A stretch of DNA of 64,000 bases from Felis catus (Eukaryota), in the NCBI RefSeq assembly GCF_018350175.1, contig NC_058368.1:143470001-143534000 (forward strand), in the 5' to 3' direction. The position numbers were made by a program, and so were the translations under genes. This document shows positions 46,617 to 61,149 of the stretch, piece by piece; the first letter of the stretch is position 1; every line of letters starts with the position of its first letter. The notes beneath the pieces were generated by a model, which searched no databases, had not been told where the DNA came from, and saw nothing but the letters and a program-made list of their open reading frames with translations.

Positions 46617-47786
46617 AACACTTGAATCTTTGAAACCTCAAAACCATAGATTAGCCTCCAGTAACAAATTTCTAGACTCTAGAAAACAGAATTGTATCTT
46701 GTCAACAGGTTCAACAAGTTTGGTCTTCGGCTCTTTCAGGCCCAGGGTAGGCTCTGTGGGTTCCGGGAGGAAGAGTGTGCCCGTCTGTGTGGTCACAGCA
46801 CAGAGAGGTCAAGCCTTGAGTGCCTTCATTTCATGTTTCAAATAGAGCACCCCACCTTAAGGCACTGTGATAACCACTGTGGCAGACCCCTCTCTGTTTC
46901 ACTTTTCTGGCTTCATGATTTTAAACCAAACTGTATTACTGTTGATACTGCTTGGGTAGAATCTAAGGTTTAAGATATTATAGGTGGAAAGGAGAAATGG
47001 AGAGGGTCTGAGGACATAGAATCAACTGAACTTCTTCCTGCCCACTCCTAAACTTTCTCCCCTAGTTCACAGCCTTTTCACCTCCTCCACCACAGCTACC
47101 ATGCCTGTACCTTCCAGGGCGAGGTCTGCACCCATGCCACACTATCCTGTGTGTTGCAACTGGCAAATATTTCTAGAATATCATTTCCATCATGTCCCTT
47201 GTGTTTTTGCTCAAAAATCTACAAACATCTACAGTTTGTAGATGGGACCACAGTCAAGACAGGAATCCAGGAATAATATGACCAGGAAGGGGGAAGGATG
47301 AGGAGACCCAAGGGGAGTAAACCATCACAACCAAAAGGGGCTGGACTCAGTCTTGGCCAGTAGTGAGATTCACAGAGGTGGGCCCACTGGGACGTGGGGG
47401 GCCCAGTAGAGCAGTTCCAGAGTTACACGGGTATCTAGAATCAAGTTTCGATCTTTGTTCGAAAGACACCAGCAGTCCCAAGAAGGGGCAGGCAAAAGCT
47501 GGGCAGGGAAGAGGGCTCCAGGCAGACAGGCTTGGTGTCAGGCCAGAGTGGAGGCTAGAGAAGGAACTGATATGCTGGATAGGAAATGGAGGTGGAAGCA
47601 GGGCAGGGCAGGGCAGATTCCAGGCCCTGCAGAACTGGTGGAGCCAAGGCTTTGAGGAATGTCTCTCCCTCCTTGGCCTCTATGGTGGGGACTAGCTCAG
47701 GGACTGACTGGGGCTGGGCCTGTGAGCACCAGGGGCCTTCTAAGCATGACTTGGGGAAAATAGCTCAGTAGGGCATTCAGAACTCT

Positions 47787-47972
47787 CTAGACCAGTGGTG
47801 TGCAATCAAAAATTCTATGAAGATAGAAAAATGGTGTCACAGATGGCTTTTGAACACTTGAAATATGGCTACGAGGACTGCAGAATTGGACATTGAATTT
47901 TATATCATTTTAATTTTAATTTAAGTGGCCACATGTGGCTAGTGGCAATTGTGATGGACAGGGCAGGTCTAG
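47787..47972. mobile_element. MER3-like hAT MITE
   Basis: CTAGACCAGT...AAGTGGCCACATGTGGCTAGTGGC...GGTCTAG with inverted ends. Confidence 0.7.
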
Positions 47973-49549
47973 TTCCTGGCCCCTGACTTTACTTATTCAT
48001 GTAATATCCTCACAGTCACTCACATGTCCTCTCCGAACCTGTCAGACAGACGGTGCTGTTCTCTATGACCAATGGGCTTATTCTGCCACCTCGTCATTGC
48101 TTCTGCTGTCCCTGCTGGTTGGATCCCCTTCCTCTTTCCCACCTATGTCCGGTTCCAACTGTTCCTTTTTGCTGAATATGAGCTCATCTGCTCCCAAAGC
48201 CTTCTGTAAGAGTCCCAGCCTACGCTGCTGTTCCCAGTCACTGCCACTTGCAACCTTGGTCTTCTCTGTGGCTTTCAGGGCTTCCTGAGATTCTTACTGT
48301 TCTGTCAGATCTCTCATTGGCAAGACATTGAAAAGGTCCTTTATCACTGTGTATGCCTTGCTTACTTTCACATCCCCGTGAACCTCTGCTGTCTCACATG
48401 GTGTTTATTCTGCAGGGAAGTTGCTAGCTTCCCATTCTCAAAACACACCTGTACTCAAGCTTCTGGGCCCTCAACACTGACGTCATAGGCCTTAAGGGTC
48501 CTTGGCTTTCTCTGCCACACCAGTGCCACTGTGCTTCCACTCCTCAGACCATCCCCACTGATCTTTCCCTCATCGCTTCTATCTCATTTTTTCCCTTCTC
48601 CCACTTTCAGGGCCCCAGCCTCTGCTTCTAAGACTCCCCAGAGAAAACACCAAACTTGGGTTACTTTTTGCCCAGAGCAATTTAGCCTCTTCTGTTGAGC
48701 GATTTCCCCTTCCTAGCCTGCTCTTGAACCTGTCCTTTCACAACCAAACAGGTCCATTAAATGTGTTTATAAACACTTTACCAATCTCTGCCCTGAGACG
48801 GAACCTCACCCATAGCCCACTTTTAAGTGATCAACAGAGTTTTCCTCCCTGGTCAGGAGGGTCTGGGTTCCCCAAGGGCAAGGACAGTACTCTGTGGTCC
48901 TTCGTAGCCCCCAGAGGGCCTAGTAAAGTGCTGGGCTCACAGACATGCCCAGTGAATACTTGTTGAGTTGAATTTATTTGAATTGAAGAGAGAACACCCC
49001 TGAGCTGCAAGGCTGCAAAAAAACATTCAGAAGATAAAAAGGAAAGTTGGTCTGGGGCAGGGGGGGCATATACAAAGGATGAAGTTGGGCAAAAATAATG
49101 AAATTTTTCTTAAACTTCATAAAGGCCCTTATGTAAGTTACTTAAAAAATTTTTAAGCTGTAAAAGTAATACATTTTATGGAAGGCAAGCCTGCAGTACT
49201 TTTAAAAATACATGGCAGCCTCAAAGGAGTTTTATTCAAAAGAATGACACCATGAATGCGGTAGTTAAAACATGTGGGCAGCTGGGAAAGAATTAGAATG
49301 TTGAGAAAAATCACAAGGGAGGCATATGCTGGTTATTCTGGGACCGCCTCCTAATGTAGAAGGAGCAAAATTATTAAAAGTGTTTGTCTGTTGAGATGAG
49401 CTATGCATTTTAGCATCTAGGAGGGATCTGGTTAAAGGAATTGGGATAACATTATTGCAACTCACTGTGTAGTGAAATTAATGACTGAAAAATTAGTTAT
49501 CACCAAGTGATCTTCTTCACCATGGTCTTTCAAGATTTCTAGTTTATAA

Positions 49550-49819
<270 letters not shown>

Positions 49820-50410
49820 TTGTTGGCTTTCAGAGTTTGCAAGAAGAATAATTCAAATTTTGGGGGTCTATTGTTCTTTCCCTTGGGTGCTATATATTCA
49901 AAACGTCTCCCATACATTCGCACTAATGATAGCTACATGCACAGTGATCAGCACGTGAGCAAAACCACCAAGGAAACGTTGACTTTCTAGGTAGCGTTTG
50001 AGTAAAGACGATGGAAAAACAACTTCTACCCTTTGCTTTATGTATGTTTGCATTCTCCCCTAAACTAAAAGAATTTATACCTGATTTGGGCACCAGAATA
50101 AGAAGTGGTCTTCCACCTGTTTTATCCGTGATGGACAGACAGGATATCCTTCTCTGACAAGAAACATGGGCTTTTTCCATAAGAAAGATGTCACCTCACT
50201 CCATTAACGGATGTTGGATTCTAATCATTAGAGAAGGAGTTTTAATTGTTCACAGCTGATAACGAACTCTTTTGTAATAATATGTACTGTAGGACACGAG
50301 TCTCTTTTCCCTGAAATTTTAAATGTAGACAAGAGCTAGGTATTAGAAATTTCCATTTGCTAAATAAATGGCTAGAGTCTATAAAATAAAACCTGTTATA
50401 TGAACTTATT
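49820..50410 (+). other. CMYA5: CMYA5 3' UTR (end approximate)
   Basis: Sequence between the stop codon and the paired AATAAA signals. Confidence 0.7.
50363..50390 (+). terminator. Polyadenylation signals AATAAA at 50363-50368 and 50385-50390
   Basis: First canonical hexamers I find after the stop codon, followed by AT-rich sequence. Confidence 0.75.
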
Positions 50411-51126
50411 ATATATAACTTATGAGCCCCACATCTCTGGACTGGGACAGACGGCCGAGTAAATGACCATCACGCTTCAGTGGGTTGTGTCACGACTAAC
50501 TTTCACATAAGAATTTTACATGCGTCTTTTAAAATCTGAACACTTTTATCCCATAGTTACAGTCAACTACAGGAAGCTGGGAATCTCTTTTTGCCAAAAT
50601 GAAATAGTTGGTCATTTTTAGATACTATATTGAAATCTCTTGAATTCTTCCTAAAATATGTGTGCCAAGTTGATAAATCTAGAAGGCATTTTGAGATGAT
50701 TGCTCTTGTTTTCAATAATGTAAATACTTTGATCTTATTTATAGATTTTTTAAATTATGAATTCATTTCTTTCTTTTCTTGTAATTAGGAAATCATATCC
50801 TACTTTTGAGATCTGTTCTACATTCTCTTGATTCACAGCTAGAAAATCCAAACTGGATCTGTAACTGCATTGGTAGAGCCCCTCCAAAGCCATCACAACT
50901 CTGCTTTAAAATGAGAGCAGCTACGGGCAAAGTGGATACTTAGTGAAATAGAAGGAACAATGTAGTGCTTTGTTGAGAATGTTCTCTTCACTTTTGTCAA
51001 GACTTAAAAGTGTTACCATCAGGTTCTGACTCATCAGCAACCCATGGGCATTATTACTTTTTTGGTGAGAATGTCATGTAATTAAAAACAGGAACAGTAG
51101 TAGCAACCACATGAATTTTAGAATTT

Positions 51127-51630
51127 GTCTCAGCTTGGGTTCTTCCAAAAGTAGACCTGGAGATAAAGATGCAGGGCTGGTTGTTTACACAGGAAGGAAT
51201 TCTGGGAAGCACACGGGAGGAAGTGGGGAAAGTAAGACAGGAAGGGGGAAGAGCCAATAAAGGACATGTTTTATGAGTGGGTATTGCCACTCTGAGCAAC
51301 TGGGGCTCACTTGTGCTGGTGGTACCCTAGAAACCACCCAGAACATTCCAGAAGCTGGCATTTAACCACTCTGTCCAATCCCTGTTGGCTGAGGGTTGAT
51401 CCAGGGGGCATTAGGTTCCCATCCACTGCCCCCCCACCCCCACTTTTCCAGGTGTGTTCCTTGCAAACTCCTGCAGTCTCCAGAAAGCCCTCAGACAAAG
51501 GAAATGAGAAAGAAAGTCATCTCATGCAGAATTGTCACCAGACAACTGCCTAATGCACCTGTTGGTACACTCAAGTGTGCTGGGGGTGAGTTGGAGGTAA
51601 ATGGGACAGGGCACCAGCAGCATCTGCCAT
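51127..51630. mobile_element. Ancient ERVL/MaLR-type solo LTR relic
   Basis: Begins TGTCTCAGCTTGGGTTCTTCCAAAAGTAGACC, resembling old ERVL-class LTRs; family uncertain. Confidence 0.55.
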
Positions 51631-53524
51631 CAAGTTGGCAGCTCTGGTATGAAGGGGAGAGTCAGAATAATGGGAAGAACTAAGGTTGAAGCTTGATTCA
51701 GCTCCTTCCAGGTTTTAACTCAAATTCTTTAGTTATGCCTTTCTATTGGGATAATTGCAAACATCAGATTAAATAAGCATGTGAAATGTCACAGCATTTT
51801 GTAGTTTGTAAAACATCCAGACAAGGGACTTTGGAGATCCTCTTTAAAGCCAATCCTCCATCACGTCCTGTGAGTGGTCCTCCCATATCTGACTCCATGT
51901 GTGTGGTGGAAGATAGGACTCTGGGCTCAGAAGGTCCATGTTTCAGCTGCCTCCATCTGTTGACTGATAGATTTCCAGTGGGTGGGTTTCTAGGGAATTA
52001 TTCCAGTGGAGACAAGCAAAGTAAAGTTAATGCTTTTCCCTTACATCCGCAAGCAATTCCTTCCTCCTGGCCCTTGTTTTGAGTTCATTTTTCCTTCTTC
52101 TTGTCCTTCCCACTCACATAACACAAACCCTCGGAGCAAAGAAAGGAAGTCAGCAAATTTTGTCAAAATCGCTCCTCTGCAAATCTGTCAATGGTACTTA
52201 TTAGTTTAATAACATGCAGAGCTCATACCTCATCTCTTTTAATCTTCATCAGGACCTTGCACAGTAAAAATCACTGCCATTTCATAGATGAGGAAACCAG
52301 TCTCAGAGCAGTTAAATAACTAGTTCACACTCACAGCCGGCAGGTGGCAGAGTGTGGATTTAGATACAGCTCAAATCCTGAGCCAGGAGGATAAAAAGAT
52401 GTTTCATTTTGTATCAGAGATCATGTTTTCCATATATATGTGATTTGTGAAAATTACATGTGTGTGTATATACATACACACTCTCCCCCATACACCTGTA
52501 CATATGTAGGCAGACATTCATACATAAATATTTTCTTCCCTCCTGAACTGACTTCCTTCCCAAATGTCAGTTTTGTTGTTGATGCTGTCTTGGGTTTACC
52601 TTTGATTCCTTCTTCAGTACCGATGACCTTAATTAGGATTCCAAAGAGTCGGTAACATCTTATTTGTGAAGACTTTAATACGTGAAACCACAATGCTTCC
52701 TTTCAGAGGTATAGGGCCAAAATAAAGGAGTTTGGGGAAAAAGAAGAAGAAATGAGGGTTAACACTGTGGTCCTTCTTTGTTTGCATACACACCTGCACA
52801 ACCCTGGACAGGTACGTTCTTGGTCAAAGATGGAAGGATTTTTCTACTGAAGCAAATCAAAATGCATTCCTGCTGTTTTTTTCTGGAGATGCTTCCATAA
52901 TGTGCAACAGAACTGAAGTATCTTACTTCATCATACCCACTTACAAAATTGTGTGCCTTAAGCACCAAACACTAACACTCTCCTGTCAGAAGCATCCTTC
53001 AGGCTCCAGAGTGGCCTGTGTTGGAAGTCACTTCTTACCTTTACTGTGTTAATTACCCACCAATGATCTCAAGTGTTCAACTGCTGAAAGGACTCACAGG
53101 ACTCAGTTCATATTCAACGAAGAGCTTCGTCACGGGCAAAAGATATAGTACAGCTGCACAGAGGAATGTTAGGCCATCAAGGGGTTCTGGTATCTCAAGT
53201 GCAGCCTTGTTTGTGCTCCCACCGTTGGGTTACGCATTCTGTCCAAAGTCTCCAGGCCTCAAACCACCACCAGTGTGCATGTGAGGCATTGTGATACCAG
53301 GAAGCCCAAGTTTTGTTTCTGGTGGTGTTGGGCCAGTGAACTGGTCACATAGGCACTTTCCAGATATACAACTAGCCCTAACTGTTGAGCCTTACTCCTC
53401 TGCCTCCTTCAGCCTCCACCAAAACCAATGCAAATCATCAATCTGTTGATTGTTACTAAATGATACTATCATTCTGCAGCAAAACAACTGGTGGTTGTTG
53501 AATCATGGTTCCAGAATCTCACTT

Positions 53525-53722
53525 ATTTTTTTAAATGTGTGTTTATTTTTGAGAGAGAGAGCACAAGCTGGGGAGGGGCAGAGGGAGAGGGAGACATAGA
53601 ATCTGAAGCAGGCTCCAGGCTCTAAGCTGTCAGCACAGAGCCTGATGTGGGCTTGAACTCACGAATTGCGAGGTCATGACCTGAGCCGAATGCTTAACCG
53701 ACTGAGCCACCCAGGCACTCCA
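53525..53722 (-). mobile_element. CanSINE
   Basis: GAATCTGAAGCAGGCTCCAGGCTCT...ACTGAGCCACCCAGGCACTCC. Confidence 0.9.
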
Positions 53723-55754
53723 TTTATTTTTAGTTAATAGATCTCATGACTGTGTCCAAGGGTCAGTAGCTTTGTGCATATGCATGTGATCAATTAAGAC
53801 TAGCAAAAATAAGCCCATGCGGGGCACTTACTGTCCTGTGTCCCTGAGCTCAACTGCTGGGGAGTGTTTGAAGAGTAATAATAGTAAGAACTGAGTCCAT
53901 CCGCTCATGTCCCTGATATGGTGATTGTCAGAGTGATCCCAGGCACATCCCTGAGTTGAATGACACGGGTGCTGAGTTCCAGTCCCCTTTATAAAGTGCA
54001 GGAGGGAACACGCTTTCTGGGCTGCTTTCTGAAGAGGAGATCAACACCTTTCCTTTTTCCTTAGTATCCTCAAAGTGTTTGTGATTGTGTCCCTCTTGGT
54101 GCTTCTGTTTTGGTTGTAAATGAACTCCTTTTCTATGCTGAGTTTGTTTTTTGCAAGTGATATCAATCATTTCAAATCCCACAACAGTATATGAACTACA
54201 GTTTCAGAATAGATGGGGGATTAAGAATGTCTAACTTGGAGCAAAGATGATTAGGGAAGGAGGTAAGATGTCTTTAAAGGTTTGAAGAGTTATCTCTAAG
54301 AGGAATAAAGCTTACTTTGATTTTTATACTAGGACTGGTGGGGAGTCCCAAGGTTGACGAATTTGGTTCAAAAGATGGAAGAACGCCCATCAGTGATGAT
54401 TGGCTCAGGGACATGCTGCTTAGCAGTAATGAGCACTCAGGATGAATGATCAATTGCTGGAAATATTAAAGGTTTGGGTTCTAGATTCGTGGTTTTGAAA
54501 CTGTGTTCCTGAAGTGCTGGGATTCCACAGACTTGCCTGATGGCCACTGTGGGATCCAACAGGAAAACCAAGTGGGCATAAATTCTGACCCCTGTCCTAT
54601 TTCATCACAGCAGCTCAATATTAATCTGTTTTACACATTGGGTTTCATATAATAATTCATTTGATGAAAAGATTTCCATGAGTAAGTAAAGTTGGAAAAG
54701 TAGATAACCATTGAGGTTCAAGTCTGAATTCTGTGATGCAGGATGACCCAAAAGTCCTTAACCCTCCATTCTTTCAGAGTACCTTTTACTTTACTATCCA
54801 ATACTGATATCATATGGACTTAAAGAAATTGTTTCCTATCCCAAATTTCCAAGAACTGCTATAGATGATTACATTCTCCTGGTTGACATTGCTGACCTCC
54901 TGCTTCTGCGTTCTTCTCCATGACCTCTAGCTACTCACCACTACGTCTTCATCCTTCCTTCATCCTATTTGGTCATCCCGAAACATTGACACAGTGCTCC
55001 ATTGATTCCTTAAGGCAGTGCTAACACAAGGCTAAAACTGGTAGTGGTTAACACAGCTTTTGCTCAAGAGTTGGGTTTAGTGAGGGAAATTTCTTCATAG
55101 ATCATGAAACAAAGTAAAGCTGAATGTGAGGCATCTAACAGTGCTAGGAGCCCCTTTTGATCTCTTCTCCAGCTCGGTCTTCCAGCCACACTGAGCAGAC
55201 TAACCTCTCCATGCTACTTTATTCTTTAAGTTTCTAGATTCTGCTCAAACTTTTTTTTTTTTTTTTTTTTTACTATCAGCTTGCAAGGAAGCTGAAAATG
55301 TCAAAATACAAAAGCCTCTCTTACCAATATAGACATTTTGTATAATAGAATGAGAGAAAATTTTTCCCTCCTACCTCAGCCTCTTCCATTCTGCCCAGAT
55401 TCTAGGCCTCTCTTTGCAGAACTAAAAAGGCCACTAAATTCTCTAAACCAAAGAACACTCATTTCCCCAGAGTGAATTTGGCCATTACCCCTCAGAATGG
55501 TTTTAGAATTCCCTTAGTGTCTTCCCTTTAGTAGATTTGTGTAGAACTAGGTAATGTTTGAAAGTTCTTTCTCAACCTAACTGGAGCTCCCAGACTTTGT
55601 GGTGGACTTCCTGGCACTGTGGAGGACTTTACTGCATGTTAGGCACTTCAGGAAGAATGACACCCTTCTAGAGTCAACATATTATTTGAGGATTTGATAA
55701 CTTCAGAGGCGGTGGGTAATTAGGACAAAGGAAAATGGGGAAGGAGAAGCATAA

Positions 55755-56300
55755 TTCATTAATTAATTCATTCAACACATGTTTATTGAGTACTTACAAT
55801 GGTCTGGGCACTCTTCTAGGCCCTAAGGAAATGATAGTTATCAGATCAGACAAAATCCCTGCTTTCAAGGAGCTTATATTCTAGTGGAGGAAGACAGACA
55901 ATAAATAGATATATAGCCTGTCAATGGGGAATAAGAACCAGGAAAAAATAAGAGTAAGAGAATAAAAAGTAATAAGAGGTAGAGGCTGCTATGTATTTTA
56001 GGTATGATGGAAATATCTCTGATAGGATGATATTTTAGTAAAGACCTGAAGGAAATGATGGGGTGAGCCACATGGATGTCCTCGGGAGAAGAGTATTCCA
56101 CACAGAGGAACATCAAGTGTAGAAGTCCTGAGGCAGGAGTATGGGGGTGTTGGAAGACCATTGAGGCCATGAAGGCCATAGTGGAATAGCAAGGGAGAGA
56201 GAATGCTATGTATGAATACAGTCAGAGAGGAGCTGGGAAAAGTCCATAACGACCTTAGCCAAATAAGGACTTTTTGTTTTATTCTAGATGAGTTTACAAG
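55755..56300 (-). mobile_element. L2 LINE 3' fragment (similar pieces at ~4325-4450, ~13820-14110, ~25815-26420)
   Basis: ATTCATTCAACACATGTTTATTGAGTAC is the L2 terminus, followed by a purine-rich body. Confidence 0.7.
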
Positions 56301-56819
56301 AAGTAACAGGTATGGAGAGTAGACACAATGGCAATCTCAAAGAATTGGCTTTTCATGTGCTTGGGTATTATGTTTTTTAACATTAAATGGAAGATTTCAT
56401 GAAGGCCCCCTGAGCTGGCCTTTGCCAACTCTCAGCTCCCGCAGAGAAAGTGCTTGGTGTAGGTAGAAGAAAAGGTGGTTTTTGTTTTTTGTCTCCTCCC
56501 CAGCTCTGCCCAGGAACCCTATGGCCCTACTCACTTTCTATTTCAGGGGAGCAGCCCCTGCTGACTGGTTGCCATTAGGACCATCTAGCCCAGAACTGTG
56601 GAGGGTGGGGCAGAACTGCTATCATAGCCGGGCTGACATTGTGCTGAACAGAGTCTGCTCACCCTTAATGACAGGTTGGCAACCATCAAAGATGGAGAAA
56701 TATAAGCACATTTGAAGGAAATGTTTCATATCTTTTCAACGGCATGATTTTTCAGTTACAGAGAAGGTGAAGTAATGATGTCATCTAGGGAGGTTGCCTG
56801 CCAAACAGGCCCTCATAGG

Positions 56820-56879
56820 TGTGTATGTGAGTGTGTTTGTGTGTGCATCTGCATGTTGTAAATATTTCATATGTGTGAT

Positions 56880-56919
<40 letters not shown>

Positions 56920-56950
56920 TGTGTGTGTCTTAGCAGGGGTGTGTGTGTGG
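56820..56950. repeat. (TG)n microsatellite, compound
   Basis: Pure TG run at ~56890-56917 within degenerate TG-rich flanks. Confidence 0.9.
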
Positions 56951-58429
56951 CCAGAAGTGTCATTACAATTCAGAGCTTGCTTTCCCATTGAAGATCTAGG
57001 AACTGGCTTTGTCAGAGCTCCCAAGGGTTGTTAGGTTCAGAGGGACTCACCCCACATTAATCGAGCCCACAAAAGACTTATTAAGTAATTTAGAACACCA
57101 TTTGCTTAATTTATAGTGAGAAATCAAATTATCAAAGGGACTGATGACCACATCTCTGCTGGTCACAGGATTCTCTCTCTAGGCCCCTGAGGAGAATTAA
57201 CATATTTTCACCCGGGGAAGCCCTATGACACTCAAAAGATTGTTTGGTGATCAAGGCAAATTATGTGAATGATCTTAATGACCAGCATTATTAAACTGCC
57301 ATGACAAGCCATGGGCCCAAACATTTGGGTTTACCGCTCTAAGTACTTTCTCTCTGCATTAGCACTGGGCTTCCCTAAATCCTGTCCTTCGAGGGTTATT
57401 CAGTCCAGTTGCTTACATTACCATTAAGAAAAAATGTTGCCTTAAGACCATTTCCCAGGCTATAGATTTTTTCTTCATTTGGTAAATAATTGATTCGATT
57501 TTTAAGCCCTGTTCCTCCGCCCTTTGATCTGAAGAATATCATGCCTGTTACGATGACTGTTGCAGATGATAGAACATTATCTATTACATAAAGATCTTAC
57601 TAATTTAACACAAGGAAACCACACTTGCAAATTCTTCTGTGGCATCTCACTATCTCTCTCATGGGTTGACTGCATGTGGGAGGAGGACATTCATTCAAGG
57701 ATTTGTTGTCACTGATGAGAAAGAGTGGTTGAGAACACACATCTGGGAATCATGGAGATGGAGCTCTGTACCTTCATAGCAAGTTGGGCAAACTGTTCCA
57801 CCTCTTACAGAGTCCTCATAGTAAGACAGGAATAGTACCAGTTATTATGTCATAAGGTTGCTCATACACTCATTTGAGGACTAATTAAGTACCAAGCACT
57901 GCTCTAGGTACCAGGGAGCCAGCAGTGACCAACCATCGCTGCCCTCCGGAAATTTGCATTCTAATGAGAGCAATGACAGTACAAGAGATAAGTAAGTATA
58001 CTGTTTAGTTTCAGAAAGTGATCAGTGCTATACAAAAAATAAAGCAGGGAAGGGTTGTTGTGACATGTAAATGAAAGAATGTATGTAAAGTCCTTAGAAT
58101 GCCTGACCTATAACGATAGCAAAAACTTCAGCTGTTACCAATTGAACTGTACCGCAGGGACTCTTACAGTGAAAGAACTAAGTGTGGCCCTCAGAATAGC
58201 ACATGGGCCTCACACACAACTTGGCATGTAGTTATGCTATCCATGACCACTGTGTCTCCAATGCAAGTTTAATATTTTCCTGTTTTTACTCGTTGCAAAC
58301 ACTCAGGAAAAGTATTTAGAACAAAAGATAAATTATCCTTAATGTCACCACTCAGAAGCAATTTAACATTTGGTATGCATCCTCGTAGGCTTTTCTCTTT
58401 TTCTTTGGATGCACACACACACACACACT

Positions 58430-58654
58430 TTTTTTTTTTAATTTTTAACATTTTATTTATTTTTGAGACAGAAAGAGAGACAGAATGCAAGCGGGGAGGG
58501 GCAGAGAGAGAGAGGGAGACACAGAATCTGAAGCAGGCTCCAGGCTCTGAGCTGTCAGCACAGACCCTGACATGAGGCTCAAACTCATGAACCTAGAGGT
58601 CATGACCTGAGCCAAAGTCGGATGCTTAACGGACTGAGCCACCCAAGTGCCCCC
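58430..58654 (-). mobile_element. CanSINE
   Basis: Typical body; both flanks are cacacaca followed by a T run. Confidence 0.9.
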
Positions 58655-58789
58655 CACACACATTTTTTAAATGCAACTAAAATTACTGTTACATAACCTG
58701 CTTTTGTCACTTAAAGCTCTATCTTCTGACATCAACAGATTCACATCAGTATTTTAATGTCCAATTATAGTCCACTGGAAAGAGAAATC

Positions 58790-58970
58790 TTTTTATTTTT
58801 TTATTTTTAGAGAGAGAGCAAGTGAGCAGGGAAGGGGCAGAACGAGAGTGAAAGAGAAAGACAGTTCAGCGCAGAGCCTGACCTGGGGCTCCATTTCATG
58901 ACCATGAGATCATGACCTGAGCCAAAATCAGAAGCTGGACGCTTAACTGACTATGCCACCCAGGTGCCCC
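58790..58970 (-). mobile_element. CanSINE with internal deletion
   Basis: Head and tail are present; the GAATCTGAAGCAGGCTCC segment is missing. Confidence 0.85.
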
Positions 58971-61149
58971 TGGAAAAATGAATCTTAAGCTAGTTTGTTA
59001 TTGATAGATATTCATCGACTTCCAAGTTTTTGTTTCTATAAAAATGCTTTGGTTTTAAAGGCACAACTTCACTATTTGGACTAGAGTTTTGCATGGATCT
59101 GTCATGAGAAAGTATGCACTATGTCCATATTTACTATGAACTCTTATCACCTTTTAAAAACCCAGCTGGGAAGATTGAATAGCAACTCCTTCAGGGTACC
59201 TAGTTTAATTTAGAGTCAATTCAGTGTAATTACATTTAACTCTATTCAGTTTAGATGTATTTTTTAACATCTTCCGTGTCAGGCCACCATGCTGATTCCT
59301 GCTGGGAACCAAGATGAGTAAGACGTAATCCCTCCTTTCAAGGAGACCAAGACAGGAACATAGATATTGGTAATCAGCATATAGGCCAGAAGAATCATCG
59401 GATCACAGACTAGGGAGAGGACATATCTATCTGTTTGCTGTGACCAAATAATAAGAAATGTTAGCCTTATGTCACTAGTGTGTTGAATAAGCAAGCCTCC
59501 TGAGACAGAGTCATAAATGATGTACTGTTTTTGTCTCCTTGTTCCCTTTTAAGTTTACTCAGTAGAAGGAAGTTCTAAATGAAATTTTAGGCAGAGGAAC
59601 TTGGGAGGCCTTAGGTGGGCTTTCTTAGAAGAAATGTGGAAACTAAGACCTGGTGATTGAGTAAAAGTTAGCCAAATTGAGGGGTGTGGGCTCTGGGGCA
59701 GGAGGAGGGAAGAGAAGAGTGTTCCTGATGTAGAGTAAAGATGAGGAGGTGAGAAATAGCCTGATGCCTTAGAGGGGTTCAAAGATCAATATAGTTATGT
59801 GGGAGGGAAGGAGAGGTGTGCTGTGGAGGGCTTTTATAGTGGGACAGATTTTCTCTGAATACCCCAGGTTTTAGCCTACATTCATTCGTACAAAGTGGGC
59901 AGTAAATAAATATTTTTGAAAATAAAGTCTGAAAATCATATAAGTTTTTGGTTCCTTAACACAATTTCCCTTCTCATAATTCAGAACCACCATGCATCAA
60001 CTTCCCACTTCTTCTCACTGGAAAATTGGAAGACTATCTCCAAATGGTTTTTGGACCTTAAGGCAGAGGGAGAAAGTTTGCATCCTTCAAGCAGAAGCTC
60101 CCATGGAATTTGTTGGTAAAGCAAGTTGTCTCAGGAAGTAATGACTGAAGGTGAGTGAAGGATTGAAGCCTCCGGGTCAAGGATTATCATTCAGAGTGGA
60201 CAAATAAGCTAGACTCATCCAAAGCACAAGCTATTTCAAAGGTGGTTTTCTTAGGAAAAAAAAATGGTGATCAATCGTATCTTTCAGGAAATCAACTCTG
60301 CTGAAAATAATTTATCCTGCTTTTTACTTTTGTCTTCTTTCAGTGAATTAAACTATAACCAAGCTTATTTCTTGATTTGCATTTCTTCTTAATTATTCTG
60401 AGCTAAGTTCTACCCTGCAGAGCTCCAGAAAATGGATAAAATATGCATCCGAGTGTTGAACAGCAGCGGCAGACTCCTACACACCAATCCCTGGCTGTGT
60501 GGGACGCTGCCATTTTCCCCAAGTCATTTCAGGTCAGAAACACCTCTGCTCCCAAAGAATAGCATTTAGGGGCCCCCACACAGGTCTTTGTATGCACCGT
60601 ATAATATCTATCAAGGAGCAATACATTGTTCTGCACCCTCCCAAGAGTAAGTGCAAGGCTACTTTTCTGCCCCTATGGACATAGAAGGGATTCTACAATC
60701 ATTCTGCCCAATGGGAAACCCTGTGAATTACCTTTAGAGGGCTTGAAGTCAAAATCAGAACATGATTTTACTTTATTCTCATCCAATAAGCCAAGCTTTC
60801 TTTTAAAAATAACATTAATCCATATGATTGTGGAACTTCTGAAAACTGCAGAAATGAGTTAAAAAAAAAAAAGTATCCACAATTCTGCAGACTTAGACTT
60901 GGTTGGTATGTTCTTTGGCTTCTGGACTTCTGCCTCCTGCCTTCCCCTAATGCAGATACAATGCCTAGAAGTGTCACAGGCAACTTGCAACCTTGAGGAT
61001 AAAATTCACATGCTGAGCATGAAGGAGCATAATGACAGAAGTTTGGATTCTTTCTCAACGCCATTGGTGAGAAACCATTCTGGTTCACTACTTCTTACCT
61101 CTAATCTTTTTGGAGTAAAATAAACCCCTATCCTTGGAAACCATTAAAA

